Source: Leidyana gryllorum EB-2025a
Taxonomy: Eukaryota > Protista > Apicomplexa
Direction: 5' to 3'
Assembly: GCA_048772705.1 (NCBI GenBank)
Contig: JBLWGC010000140.1
Span: forward strand, 62,001-126,000
DNA: 64,000 nt
How positions within the stretch are numbered: the first letter of the stretch is position 1; each line of letters begins with the position of its first letter. A program made the position numbers and the translations under genes. This document shows positions 47,056 through 57,601 of this stretch, in pieces. A model generated the notes under the pieces. The model was not told where the DNA came from and ran no database searches. It saw only the letters and a program-made list of their open reading frames with translations.

Positions 47056-50000
47056 TCACACCTTCTCCTCTGCTCCAGTGTACGCAGACAAAAGCTTCAA
47101 ACACGGGCAGCCCGCCGGTCTCGATCCATCACACAGTCGACACCCAACACTACGGGATCCCAACCCTCCACTGCTCTCTTTGAAGAAATCCACTGCAGGC
47201 GGAGGCGGTGGCGCCTGAAAACTCTTTCCTCGTCCAATCGTTGGCCGCAAACCCTCCATCAACCGCTTCCCTATCTGCTGCTGCTGATGCTGTGGATGCT
47301 GCTGTTGATGCTGCTGATGCTGTTGATGTCCACCCGAGTATCTTCGCTGCTGCTGCTGCTCGCCACGCTTCACAAACACAAAAGGCCCACACTCCCCCTT
47401 AGACACATCCTCACCACCCCCAACACTCTCAGACGGTCTCACTAACAATAGGAATGCGTCCCTTTCGTGTGTCTGTAGAATGTTTGATGCTGAACTCAAC
47501 GATGGAGAGTGCTCTATGGGAGCCAAGAAAGATCCGCCGCCTCCATTGCTCCCTTCCCAACGGGACAGAGGGGGCGCCGGCAACCGATTGATCTCCTTTA
47601 TCGGGGGACCCGGGAACTCTATCAGCCAAGATGGGTCGGGACAGTGATAAAAGGTCACCAAAACCAATGGGCCCACTGTCGAGGCTCTGAATGATGAATA
47701 CGTCGCCAAACTGCTGGGATCCGGGCCCACTGCCATTCGCACCGGCTGTAAACAAAACCAATGCGACCCTCGCCGATCTGTCAATGACGGACAAATGACT
47801 TCGTTCTCTTTGCTCGCACTCAAACGGTGCTGCCCAATGAAATTCACAATGTCCTTCAACCCCTCCGCGGTCAAAACTCGATCCGCACTCGCGTTTCGGG
47901 TACGCACCAACACCCACGCCCACACTCCTCGCAGACACGCCGGAAACGGTAAACCTCTGCCACCACCGCTCTCTTCTCGCTGAAACGGACCTCTCGCCAA
48001 ACTCGCAGCCATTATACCCAGTGACATGTAACCGACCACACGACAGATTGTCGCCAGCTGCTGATGAATAAATCGATTGTGTTCAGCTTTGCTGCGATCT
48101 GCGTAACGCCTCAGTAATAAACAAAACATCTTCAACAATCGCTCTCGAGCCACCTCAAAGCCACACTGATGCGGACCATTCGCAGTCGCAAAGTCCCAAT
48201 GAAACAGAGCGCCCAAATATTGATACATCCTCACCAACCGACGCTCCAATGGATGAACCAATGAACTCAACAAGAACAGAAACTCCGGAACCATATCAGT
48301 CACATGAATGATCGCCTCCGTGGGCCACTCTGCGTCCACCTCCAATGCCTTTTCGGTCCACGGGTCCAACTCAAACCACTGATCCCAAACCACATTAACC
48401 ACAAACCGCCGCAAACACGCGAACCTGTCGTCCTCCGGTAACGGTAACAGCGTCAATATGTTCTCGCCACCCGTCTTGTTCTCCTGCCACCTGTCCAACA
48501 TTCGAGTCCATTGTGCCAACACAAACTGATCCACCACAGACGCAGCCGCAGTACCGCCGCCGCTCACACTTCCACCATATCGATACGCTTTCCGGTCGGC
48601 CACAGTCACTCGAGGGACCCGAAACGGAGTCTCCAGAAAGTCATCCACCATCACTGTCTCCCCAATACCTTTGCCCAACTCGACTGAAATATACAGAACG
48701 TTGCTGCCGAGGACGACGCCCTCTCGCTCAGTAGGGGCCGCCGCCCTGCCTGACGCCTGCTGCTGCATCAACCTGTACTGTGTCTCCTGAGCCTTCGACC
48801 GGTTAGAAACTGAGGCACCCGGTGCCATGCCGTGCGTCTTTTGACCGGGAGGGAACATCGAGCTGACTTTGGTAGTAATAGATCGCAACTTGGACTGACG
48901 AGATGAGGTCGTCATCTCACCGCCAGACACTCCTGTCGCCGGGCCAGCAGGCTGATCGCCCGTGCCCCCTTCGCCATGATGAGGTAATCTGACAGGCTGG
49001 AAATTGCTGCCGAGTTCAGAGTTCTCACTGCCCGGAATGATCTCAGCTCTCCCACGGGTAGAAGGCTCGCAAACGCTCGAACGTGAGCCAGGAGACCGGT
49101 TGCCATTGGCTCCACTGCGCGTTTCTGCATTGTCTTCAGCAGGATGACGTCGTCGAAAGATCGGAAGAGACCGCGGAACGTCGTCATCTCCATTTCCTCC
49201 CACACTTGAAGAAGGCAACAGTGCCACACTCTCTCGCACAGCTGCCATCGAGCCACCGCCAGTGGACCCAACTTTCTCAATGCCATTGTCCAATGCACCC
49301 CCTTCGCCTCCACTGCCGCCACCGCCACCTGCCTCGCTGACAAATCGGACTCTCGTTCCAGTACTCTGAGTGGGATCCTCAGCCAAACAACGGCTCGATG
49401 TCTTCCTGTGTGAAGCGCTTTGGCTGACGGGCGGGTCAAGAGGCCGTCTGGTGTGCGATTGAGGCTGACTGGCGGCTTTCCGGGAAGCGAAAGGCGGAGA
49501 ACAATTGCCGTTTGTAGACCAATTGGGGTGTGGTATGTGGGTCGGATTCATATCGTTGCTGTGACTCCCATACATAGAGTCCTCTCTGCGAGCAGCTATC
49601 CGTCCGGTAGACAGAGTTTGTCCCGGCGGCACTGGAAGGTCCGGTGGCAATTGGATAACTCTTCGAGTAACGCGTGGTGGGGTTTGGCCCAACAAAGGCA
49701 AGTTGACACGTGGTGTGTGCTGTTCATCAGTTCCACCTGACTTCCGGGACTGCTGACGTGATAAGCTGGCGGGAACAGGAGGACCGCCGATCCCAGGCGG
49801 AGGGGTCCGACTGCTGCACATATCAGGTGGCGAGATACCTGTCCCACCACCGCCACTCTGCGGTCTGTGTCTCACTTCCTCAATGCGGTCAGGCACCTGA
49901 CGGGCTTTGGGAGGCGGGGTGCGGACAGGAACACCTCGAGAACCTGACGGAGGCCGAGGTGGCAGTTGACTCTCTGCGCCACGCGAGGAGGTGGGACGGG

Positions 50001-53000
50001 GAGGCACCATGGAAGCTCGTCGAGCAACTTGCGGTAGAGGGGTACTCGGACTCACAGCCGGAGGTCCATGAGGTGGTGAGATCGGGGGGGGCCCGAGGGT
50101 GGGAGGCTCAACATTCGTTGACCGTCCAGACGCACCACCACGGCAGGACCGGAATGCCGATCGACTGCAACTGTCAACAGTGAAGGGATCAGCGGGTGGT
50201 TGATACATTAGTGGTCTTTCCACCGAAGTATTGCACCGTAATGGGAGTGTCATGCTGGGGCTGGCGTTGTAGACGCTGGGCGACAGAGCTCCGCTCCAAT
50301 GCACCGTTTGGGATGGTATAACATCAGCCGACCTGTCGCCATCTGCTCGGTCAAAGTGCCACTGCCGAGATGGTGGATCGCCACTGGCGTCCAGCCGCTG
50401 CAAATTGCGCACGTGGACCGATGTTTCCACTCGGCGTTTAACCAGCGGCAAGGCTGAACAAGATGGGCCGGCAGTGGCGGCCAGATCGTCTCTGAGAGGG
50501 AAAGGGAACATGTGCCCCGGCCCAACGGTCATTTGTCGATGTAAAATTGGAATCTTGTTGTGATTGTCTTTGACGGTGGGTAGTTGATGGCCGACCGGGC
50601 CTGGAGAGGTGACGCATCGCTCGTGAGATCGATCCACTGGCAGAACTTGCGGCCTGATGTTGGACACTCGTGAAGCTGTCATTTCACCCAAGAACTCTGT
50701 CGTCTGGTTCTCGGCGACCCGAGGCAACACAGAATGCCGCGCAGCACTCGGCTTGGCTCCGGGAGGACCAGACGCCCCCCAGGCCTGCAGGTGCGAGGAC
50801 GGTATCCCAAGAGGTCCCGGCTTTCCATCATGTCCTGGCTGACGACTCATCACGGCGCTGACGGGGTTGGTAGTTGGAACACTCCCGTCGTCCGGTTTTG
50901 TGAATCTGTTGCGATCCATCAAGCTCTGCACTTTGGACGGCGGCACCTTATCATCTGGGCCATACGCGATCATACGATTATTGATGCACAATAACTTTTG
51001 ATCATCTGTAATGGGAGGTTGACTCGGCATCTTCCCCACTTGGGACAGCAGGACTGGAAGAAAGATCAAACCGTGACTGATACCAAAGATAATGACCAGC
51101 ATAAGCATTTTGAAGAAAAGCCGAAAGATGAACGATTGACTGTGCCCAAGAACCATGATGCCAACAATGGTGGAGGCAGCGCCGTGGAAGACTGGTGTGC
51201 CCATCAAGACAACACACTCCGTTGCTCGTAGGTTCCGAGTTCGGCCTATGCAGTGACTGAAGGTGTGACAAATGTGAGCACTGTAATCGATAGAGAAACC
51301 GATGGAAATGACCAATGTAATCATGCTAATCATATTGAGTTTCACGCCCCAGTAGTGCATGAACCCCATGACAGCCACATCAATCAACGTCATGACAAAT
51401 ATGACCAATATGCCACTCGATATCTCAGGAATCAGAATCAGAGCCACAACTAACATACTGATAGTCGCAGTCGTCAGCGAACTGATAACACTGCTCATAA
51501 TCTGCAAATCAGATTCGTAGAAAACCATCATATAGTTCCACGCAATCGCTTTCAATCCACTTGGTTTGTCGCTGCGACGATTTCCACCCGATGGTGGGTC
51601 AACTCTGGAGAGGTAAGCTGCAGGATCATTGAACATCGGACCCGATTTCGGGCGCAGCACACGTGTGCGAACGCTCTGTAATTTTGGTGGTAAGTCAGGG
51701 ACTCTGCTCTCGATGCCCCAGTGGTCCGACACCATCTTTATATCAGTGAAGAAGTCCTTGATTGACTCGGCTTCCTCCGGTGACAGATTGTTGTGATCCT
51801 TCTTTTGATCTTCACCGGGGAAGAGCTTATTCTTCAGCCGCCGGATAACTCCAGGCTTGGGTCCCGTCTTTGGCAATTCTATCCACCGGCCGTCCTCAGT
51901 GGTGGCCAATGAATTGATCTCTTCTATATCACCACGAATTGTCCGCATCCACTGGGCACGTTCCTCTGATGTAGCCATACCGCGGGGCAATAATGTGATC
52001 TTCCAACTGATGAGTTTGTCTCCGTTCCAACTGAAATCCTTCTCAAATTGCTTATATTTAGACCCTCGCACAGAAACGGCGTCTCGCAGCGCTGTCAAGA
52101 AGGTATCTTCATCACCTGAGAGTAAATAAGGCGACAATTCTGGGTCCTCTAACATCCTGAGCATGGGATTGTTCATAAAGACTGTCGATTCTCTCGACTT
52201 GAGCCTCTCATCTAACATGTAGAGTAGTCGGAGTGTTTTGTGATCCCACCATCGTACTTCCCGGTCACCAAAGAAGACGTACACGGGAATATCGAATTGG
52301 CCAAAGTACTGTGCATTCAGATTGTCATAGACCTTCAAATATGATGTATCCGGACTGAGGTCTTTCAACTCCAGTCCCTGCTCGACGTGGGCTATACCAT
52401 AGACCGCAAAGCCAAAGATGATGGCGAAGGCCAGGAACACCAAGAACTTGATATGTGGTTGAAGGAGCCATTTGCAGTAGTAGGAACCGAAGAATGATCT
52501 CCAACTCCTTCCTACGTTCCCAGGAGGCTCGTTGATGAAGCTCGGGTGTTTTGAGGCAATCACAAGACTTCGCAGATCCCTGTTATCTCCCTTCTCGAGG
52601 TAACTCCAGGTAGATTCATTGCGCCTAGCCGGCTCTGAGTTGGGAAAATCTGGCAGTACCACGGCACTCGCAGTGTTGATTGGGACTATCGCGCCCTCTG
52701 TATTGCCTCTAACAGTTCCCTCGGTCACATCAGGGGTCTGGGTGGTCGGCATGGCCGTATGAGGATTCCATTTCAGTTTCCCACTGGCGATCTGCTCAGC
52801 AAGGTATACAGGTGGGTTTGCATTGGCGACCCAAACAACGCCATGTGAGAGCATCATCTGGTAGATAGGATGGGACTTCATCTGACCTAAGGTGAGCATT
52901 CCCGTTGTTTCGGCCATTCGGAATATGGGATCATTCGGAGTCGGTGGGTAGACCCAGTTGCCACTCTGCGTTATCCAGCTCCCCAGTCGCGAGCAGAAAG

Positions 53001-55686
53001 ACATTCGGATCCACTCCTCGCGATTGAAGACCACCGGTGCATAACGGGGATCCAGAACCCAATTGCGGCCCACCTGGTAGCTGACGAGTTCAAAGACGGT
53101 GAGTCGAGACTCCTTGAAGAGGCTGGCCATGATTTGAGCCACAGGGTCCGGAACTGACTGTGTGTTGACCGGGAAGGGGCCAACCGCAAAACTCGTGCGT
53201 TCAGGAACGGGAGTGCCCAGAAAGGCTGATGTGGGGGCGTAGGGAGAAGCGCTCAAATTGGGTATATGACGGAAAGTGGTAACATTGGGTTGTCCATCGG
53301 GCTCCATACTGTAGAAGCGAACAATGCGTTGTTGACGAGCTGACATTGCAATCCCAGATTCACTGTCTATGACCGCCAGACTCGGTCCTCCGCCGCGAGT
53401 ATTGGGAGAATAGCCTCCCAAGGGGAAAGGGGTCCCGTAGTTGCTGGTTTCAGCACACCCGGGACTGTTGTGGATCGGTCCTTCCAATCTGCTGCGAGAG
53501 GCCGAGCGAACAACGGCCTCGGCCAGCTTGAGTCGCTGTACAGCGTTCTGTTTCCGCATCAAGTGCTTCTCCTCCTGCGTGTTGAAGCTGAAACACGATT
53601 GTCTCAGGGCTTCACGTTTCGCGTCCATGCAGACGACGGCCAGGAAGACTGTGAGCTCAAAGAACAGAGAGAAGGCGAGGCCATTCAAGCTGAACAAACA
53701 GAAGTTCCGAATGGAGACGTAGGGCGACTGACATCCGACGCCAAAGGCAATAAGGTTTGTGGCAGTAGTCAAAATGACACTGACACCACAATCTCTCAGA
53801 GTCACACGACACCTCTCTCGTGGTGACCTTTCGCAGTACGCAAGGGAATAGCAATTGATAATGACAAAAATATCATCACAACCGACACCCATAACGAGGA
53901 AAGGAGTGACCAGAGCGGTCGGAACGAATGAGACCTTCATCATCGAAGTGTAGCCAAGACCAGCCGCGACGCCGAAGAGGGACGCCAGAGATCCGGCCAG
54001 AGCACTGATAGCCTTATTTCTGTAGAGGTCCATACTGAAGTTGATGGCCGCAGTGTAACTGATGACAAAGATGAATGTAAAGACGACGAAGATGACATCC
54101 TGAGATTCACTGGTGGATCGACGTAACTCATCATCACGACTTTTGAACGCGTTGACTCCAACCCTTAAACCTCTGTAGTGGCCTCCAGCTTCATTAAAGA
54201 TATCGTAGAAAGTGCTCATCCAAGCAATATTAGGGACAAGAAATTCATCTCGGTCATCCAATTCGTAGATAAAGTGCATCGCCTTCACTTCCTTCACACA
54301 CTCCAAGTCCACAGAGCTCAATGTGGGATTGCTCCCGGGCCCCAATTGCTCGGGAGGATAAAAGAGGGCAGCCAAACGGGTCGGCAACTCACGCCGACAT
54401 CGCTCTGTTCTCATGCCCCCCAGGACGTACTCGGGAACAAAACCCTTCTTCTCCTTATTGAATATATTGCCTCCCAATATATACAATTCTGGTGGACCCT
54501 CATCTCCAATGAGTGCTTTCATTTCCATAACGCCCATCTCAAAGATTGATATCACTGAGCACACATCAAAGGGTCCCATAGCGCAAATGTCTTCGTAGGT
54601 GATCACCGCCTCGTAGTTGTCTTCAACTGGAAACTCGTCGCCCTTCACCAACAATGTGTTGTTGACCTTCCAGGGACCAGCGCTATCGCTGCTGACTAGT
54701 TGTTGATAAGAAGGATTCAAGTCGGAATCTGTCTTTCGAGTCTTCTTTCTGGACCCGGATAATGAACCGTCTAAGGATTTCAGCCGCTCCGTCGCTATCT
54801 CCCACAGTTCCTGTGTTGACAACCCTTTGATCGCGGAACCCTTGTTGTGAGCCGCTGGCGTCGTTGTGGGAGCTTGAGTTGGACGTCCGAAACTAACAGC
54901 GCTCTGGTCCTTGAAGCTAGATGCATTCGGGGGTTCAACCAAAGCAGCTTCTTGAACATCACGTTTCCGACGTCCAGCTGCCAGCATCTGGGGGTGGAGT
55001 CGAGATCGGAACCCAGGAGTGAGTTGTAGAGCAAGGCGTCGGCCAGTTTCAGGTTCCACCAATCGGCCGCGAACAATTTTGTCCAATTCAGCTATACGAT
55101 CAAGATCTTCCCAAGTGAATATATTGCGCCCGGGTGGGTCGGACGTGACTATCATAAAGTTGGCCAAAGATAAGGAATCGGAGAACAGACTATTATGTAC
55201 CAGACCATCATTTTTCGCTTGAGTGTGGGGAAGTGCATAAAGATTTTCGGCACCATCGAGCCAAGTAGCAATACCGGGAATAAATCCAATAACACTGAGA
55301 AGAGCAACAATGCATCCAATTGTGAATGCTAAGACGGAGTGGTCGAAACACCAGACGGCCCAACGACCACACAATTCACCGATCTTCGACACAAAATCCT
55401 CTTTGAACTGGTTGACCTCATGAGCAATGGCTCTGATACCCTGCCGAGGCTTCTCGAAGCTTGTGTCAGTCAGAGGTGGTAGGTTTCGAGCAGGCGCTCG
55501 TGTGTGCACACGCGTCTCGTTGTAGGTAGGCAGTGGCAGAGGCATTGGTGTGCTCGAGCTGACACGCTCAGAAGCCGTCGCGGAGGATGAGATGATGCGC
55601 CCTGTCGGTCGGGGCACATTGGAAGTGGGTTCACTGTCGCTGTATATAGGTATGCCATTTAAGTTGCCAGGTGCCTGTGGCGGCAT
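47056..55686 (-). CDS. NPC1/Patched-family (RND) sterol-sensing membrane protein, NCR1-like, with a very long C-terminal extension; intronless 2876 aa
   Basis: SSD: PFLVMGVGCDDIFVI, GVSVILTTATNLIAFGVG; second half: SIGFSIDYSAHI, GTPVFHGAASTIVG, GLIFLPVLLS. Confidence 0.9.
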   Translation of the reverse strand: MPPQAPGNLNGIPIYSDSEPTSNVPRPTGRIISSSATASERVSSSTPMPLPLPTYNETRVHTRAPARNLPPLTDTSFEKPRQGIRAIAHEVNQFKEDFVSKIGELCGRWAVWCFDHSVLAFTIGCIVALLSVIGFIPGIATWLDGAENLYALPHTQAKNDGLVHNSLFSDSLSLANFMIVTSDPPGRNIFTWEDLDRIAELDKIVRGRLVEPETGRRLALQLTPGFRSRLHPQMLAAGRRKRDVQEAALVEPPNASSFKDQSAVSFGRPTQAPTTTPAAHNKGSAIKGLSTQELWEIATERLKSLDGSLSGSRKKTRKTDSDLNPSYQQLVSSDSAGPWKVNNTLLVKGDEFPVEDNYEAVITYEDICAMGPFDVCSVISIFEMGVMEMKALIGDEGPPELYILGGNIFNKEKKGFVPEYVLGGMRTERCRRELPTRLAALFYPPEQLGPGSNPTLSSVDLECVKEVKAMHFIYELDDRDEFLVPNIAWMSTFYDIFNEAGGHYRGLRVGVNAFKSRDDELRRSTSESQDVIFVVFTFIFVISYTAAINFSMDLYRNKAISALAGSLASLFGVAAGLGYTSMMKVSFVPTALVTPFLVMGVGCDDIFVIINCYSLAYCERSPRERCRVTLRDCGVSVILTTATNLIAFGVGCQSPYVSIRNFCLFSLNGLAFSLFFELTVFLAVVCMDAKREALRQSCFSFNTQEEKHLMRKQNAVQRLKLAEAVVRSASRSRLEGPIHNSPGCAETSNYGTPFPLGGYSPNTRGGGPSLAVIDSESGIAMSARQQRIVRFYSMEPDGQPNVTTFRHIPNLSASPYAPTSAFLGTPVPERTSFAVGPFPVNTQSVPDPVAQIMASLFKESRLTVFELVSYQVGRNWVLDPRYAPVVFNREEWIRMSFCSRLGSWITQSGNWVYPPTPNDPIFRMAETTGMLTLGQMKSHPIYQMMLSHGVVWVANANPPVYLAEQIASGKLKWNPHTAMPTTQTPDVTEGTVRGNTEGAIVPINTASAVVLPDFPNSEPARRNESTWSYLEKGDNRDLRSLVIASKHPSFINEPPGNVGRSWRSFFGSYYCKWLLQPHIKFLVFLAFAIIFGFAVYGIAHVEQGLELKDLSPDTSYLKVYDNLNAQYFGQFDIPVYVFFGDREVRWWDHKTLRLLYMLDERLKSRESTVFMNNPMLRMLEDPELSPYLLSGDEDTFLTALRDAVSVRGSKYKQFEKDFSWNGDKLISWKITLLPRGMATSEERAQWMRTIRGDIEEINSLATTEDGRWIELPKTGPKPGVIRRLKNKLFPGEDQKKDHNNLSPEEAESIKDFFTDIKMVSDHWGIESRVPDLPPKLQSVRTRVLRPKSGPMFNDPAAYLSRVDPPSGGNRRSDKPSGLKAIAWNYMMVFYESDLQIMSSVISSLTTATISMLVVALILIPEISSGILVIFVMTLIDVAVMGFMHYWGVKLNMISMITLVISIGFSIDYSAHICHTFSHCIGRTRNLRATECVVLMGTPVFHGAASTIVGIMVLGHSQSFIFRLFFKMLMLVIIFGISHGLIFLPVLLSQVGKMPSQPPITDDQKLLCINNRMIAYGPDDKVPPSKVQSLMDRNRFTKPDDGSVPTTNPVSAVMSRQPGHDGKPGPLGIPSSHLQAWGASGPPGAKPSAARHSVLPRVAENQTTEFLGEMTASRVSNIRPQVLPVDRSHERCVTSPGPVGHQLPTVKDNHNKIPILHRQMTVGPGHMFPFPLRDDLAATAGPSCSALPLVKRRVETSVHVRNLQRLDASGDPPSRQWHFDRADGDRSADVIPSQTVHWSGALSPSVYNASPSMTLPLRCNTSVERPLMYQPPADPFTVDSCSRSAFRSCRGGASGRSTNVEPPTLGPPPISPPHGPPAVSPSTPLPQVARRASMVPPRPTSSRGAESQLPPRPPSGSRGVPVRTPPPKARQVPDRIEEVRHRPQSGGGGTGISPPDMCSSRTPPPGIGGPPVPASLSRQQSRKSGGTDEQHTPRVNLPLLGQTPPRVTRRVIQLPPDLPVPPGQTLSTGRIAARREDSMYGSHSNDMNPTHIPHPNWSTNGNCSPPFASRKAASQPQSHTRRPLDPPVSQSASHRKTSSRCLAEDPTQSTGTRVRFVSEAGGGGGSGGEGGALDNGIEKVGSTGGGSMAAVRESVALLPSSSVGGNGDDDVPRSLPIFRRRHPAEDNAETRSGANGNRSPGSRSSVCEPSTRGRAEIIPGSENSELGSNFQPVRLPHHGEGGTGDQPAGPATGVSGGEMTTSSRQSKLRSITTKVSSMFPPGQKTHGMAPGASVSNRSKAQETQYRLMQQQASGRAAAPTEREGVVLGSNVLYISVELGKGIGETVMVDDFLETPFRVPRVTVADRKAYRYGGSVSGGGTAAASVVDQFVLAQWTRMLDRWQENKTGGENILTLLPLPEDDRFACLRRFVVNVVWDQWFELDPWTEKALEVDAEWPTEAIIHVTDMVPEFLFLLSSLVHPLERRLVRMYQYLGALFHWDFATANGPHQCGFEVARERLLKMFCLLLRRYADRSKAEHNRFIHQQLATICRVVGYMSLGIMAASLARGPFQREESGGGRGLPFPACLRGVWAWVLVRTRNASADRVLTAEGLKDIVNFIGQHRLSASKENEVICPSLTDRRGSHWFCLQPVRMAVGPDPSSLATYSSFRASTVGPLVLVTFYHCPDPSWLIEFPGPPIKEINRLPAPPLSRWEGSNGGGGSFLAPIEHSPSLSSASNILQTHERDAFLLLVRPSESVGGGEDVSKGECGPFVFVKRGEQQQQRRYSGGHQQHQQHQQQHPQHQQQQIGKRLMEGLRPTIGRGKSFQAPPPPPAVDFFKESSGGLGSRSVGCRLCDGSRPAGCPCLKLLSAYTGAEEKV

Positions 55687-55701
55687 GACCGAAGGCGAAG
55701 G

Positions 55702-57581
55702 TCACTGAATTCGCTTGAGCTGCAGGATATAGCGGGATCCCTTATCACCTCGTGTCCACAGCCTAGAACAAAGTCCACAAGGCTGAAAAACCACACATAC
55801 CTGTCGAAGAAGCTCTCAGCCTGGCCCACTTTATCGTCTTCTTGCAGCGATCTATAGTGCCAGGGGAAGTCTTCTGTGAGACATTTCCACACTTTACCCT
55901 CTTCCTCGACGTCCCGCTTCTGTGAAACAGCTCCACACAATGGCTTTACAACAACTCCACTAATATAACTCATAAATTGCTTCTGATCAGATATGATCCA
56001 GAAAGACCCATCAACAGTCAGACGGCTGCATGGGACATGTTAAGAATGTATGGGAGCGAAGCTCCATTACCTGTGAACAAGGTCGAACAGCTTGGGTCCT
56101 ATCCAAGCATCCGGGGCATCTTTGACATGTGGTGGTTCAGGAAAATTAATCCAAACGTCCTTCAGACTTGCCTCGGGTACAACAGACTCCAACAGAGTGG
56201 TCCCGTCACCGCCAATGAGGAAAAGGTTATCCAAAGCTGCCCCGGCCTTAGCTTTTGCAGAGAGAATTTCAGCACACCGATTCCACCGCAATTCATTCAC
56301 GATCAGAATCTCCGAAGGGTGGCTGGAAGCGTAAGAAACAGCCCAGTGTCCAGAGCCGGCACCCATCTCCACCACAATAGCCTTCTCTTCGCTTTGAGCC
56401 TTCTCGAAAGGGGCATTCACTCGACTCACTACTGCCTTGAGCGCCTTGATCACTTTCTTATCACTCAAGGGAAAGCTGCTTAGTTCCTCAAAGGTCGGTG
56501 GCTGGGCTCGCGGGGTGATGCCCAGCAGGTCGACATCGCCTTTCCCCTTCTCTAAAGACCGCAAAGCCGCTTTGAAGACGCTCGGACTACTCCGACAGCC
56601 AAAGGCCAATGCGGCAGTGTGGCTGTCAAAATGCTCCGCCCACTCGGAGATGTTTGGTATTGACGTCGGGGAGATGTAAAGCAAACCCTCTCCCTCTAAA
56701 TCTGCGCACTGTCCATTGTTTAATTCCCTTCGCAGCTCTTCCGCTTGATGTTGCTGGAACAATCGACGCGAATCGGCTGCACTTGAAGGCCCGTCCTCGC
56801 CGTTGCACTCCTCGCCATCTTCATTGTCGTCCTTTGTAGCGCCCTGCTGGAGCTTACTGAGCAACTTTTGCGCTCGCGAGCGATATTTGTGCGCAGCTTC
56901 TGCCGGAAGGTGTGTGGCCAACAGCACACACGCGCGCGCTTTCGCCATTTGACTGATGGCAATGGGCTCATGTTCGCTTCTCTGATCCGTGAATCCAGTG
57001 GAATCCCGGTTCCACAGCGTTTCGGCCTGTTTCGCACAGCCCACACGGCATAGCATATCCACGATGGTGCTGAGAGAAGTCAGGTCGACAGAGTGGGCCC
57101 GATCCACAGCCGAATAGACTCGCAGCGCTTCCAGGATGGCTCCTAATCTCTGGCATCCCCGAAGGAAAGCATTGACGATGCGTGAATTCGGTTTGCCTTT
57201 GGTCTGCAACCAGCTTTGGGATAATTGGTCATATGCCTCCTTGAGCTTGAGCTCATTCGTGAAGCCTTTGACGAGAGCAGATTGGATAGCAGCGGTGGTA
57301 TGGGAAGCAATCTTTGCATACTGACGATCCATAAGCCTCTTGAAGTAGAGTCCTTTGACTGTTTGACCGGCTTTGGCGCAGGCATTGATCATCTGCACAT
57401 AACTGGTATCATTGGGTTGATGGCCGTTGGAGCGAATGGAGTGGAAAGCTGCTAAGGCATCTCCCAATCGTCTCCGGCGGCTAAAGTCGCCAATAGCGGC
57501 ATTGATTTCTCCCAATGACTTCTTGGTACGTTTGAAAGAGGTGTCTTCCGCCTCCTGGGGTGGTGGGGCTCGTTTGGCCAT
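55702..57581 (-). CDS. PPR-repeat protein fused to a TrmB-like tRNA (guanine-N7) methyltransferase (PPR-TGM type), two introns near 3' end
   Basis: PPRs (INAAIGDFSR..A...F..I...G.QPNDTSYVQMINACAKAG; SALVKGF; VNAFLRGC; STIVDMLCRVG); TrmB motifs VVEMGAGSG, NELR, INFPEPP, IISD. Confidence 0.85.
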
Positions 57582-57601
57582 GCTTTTTTTTGACCTCCAT
57601 A

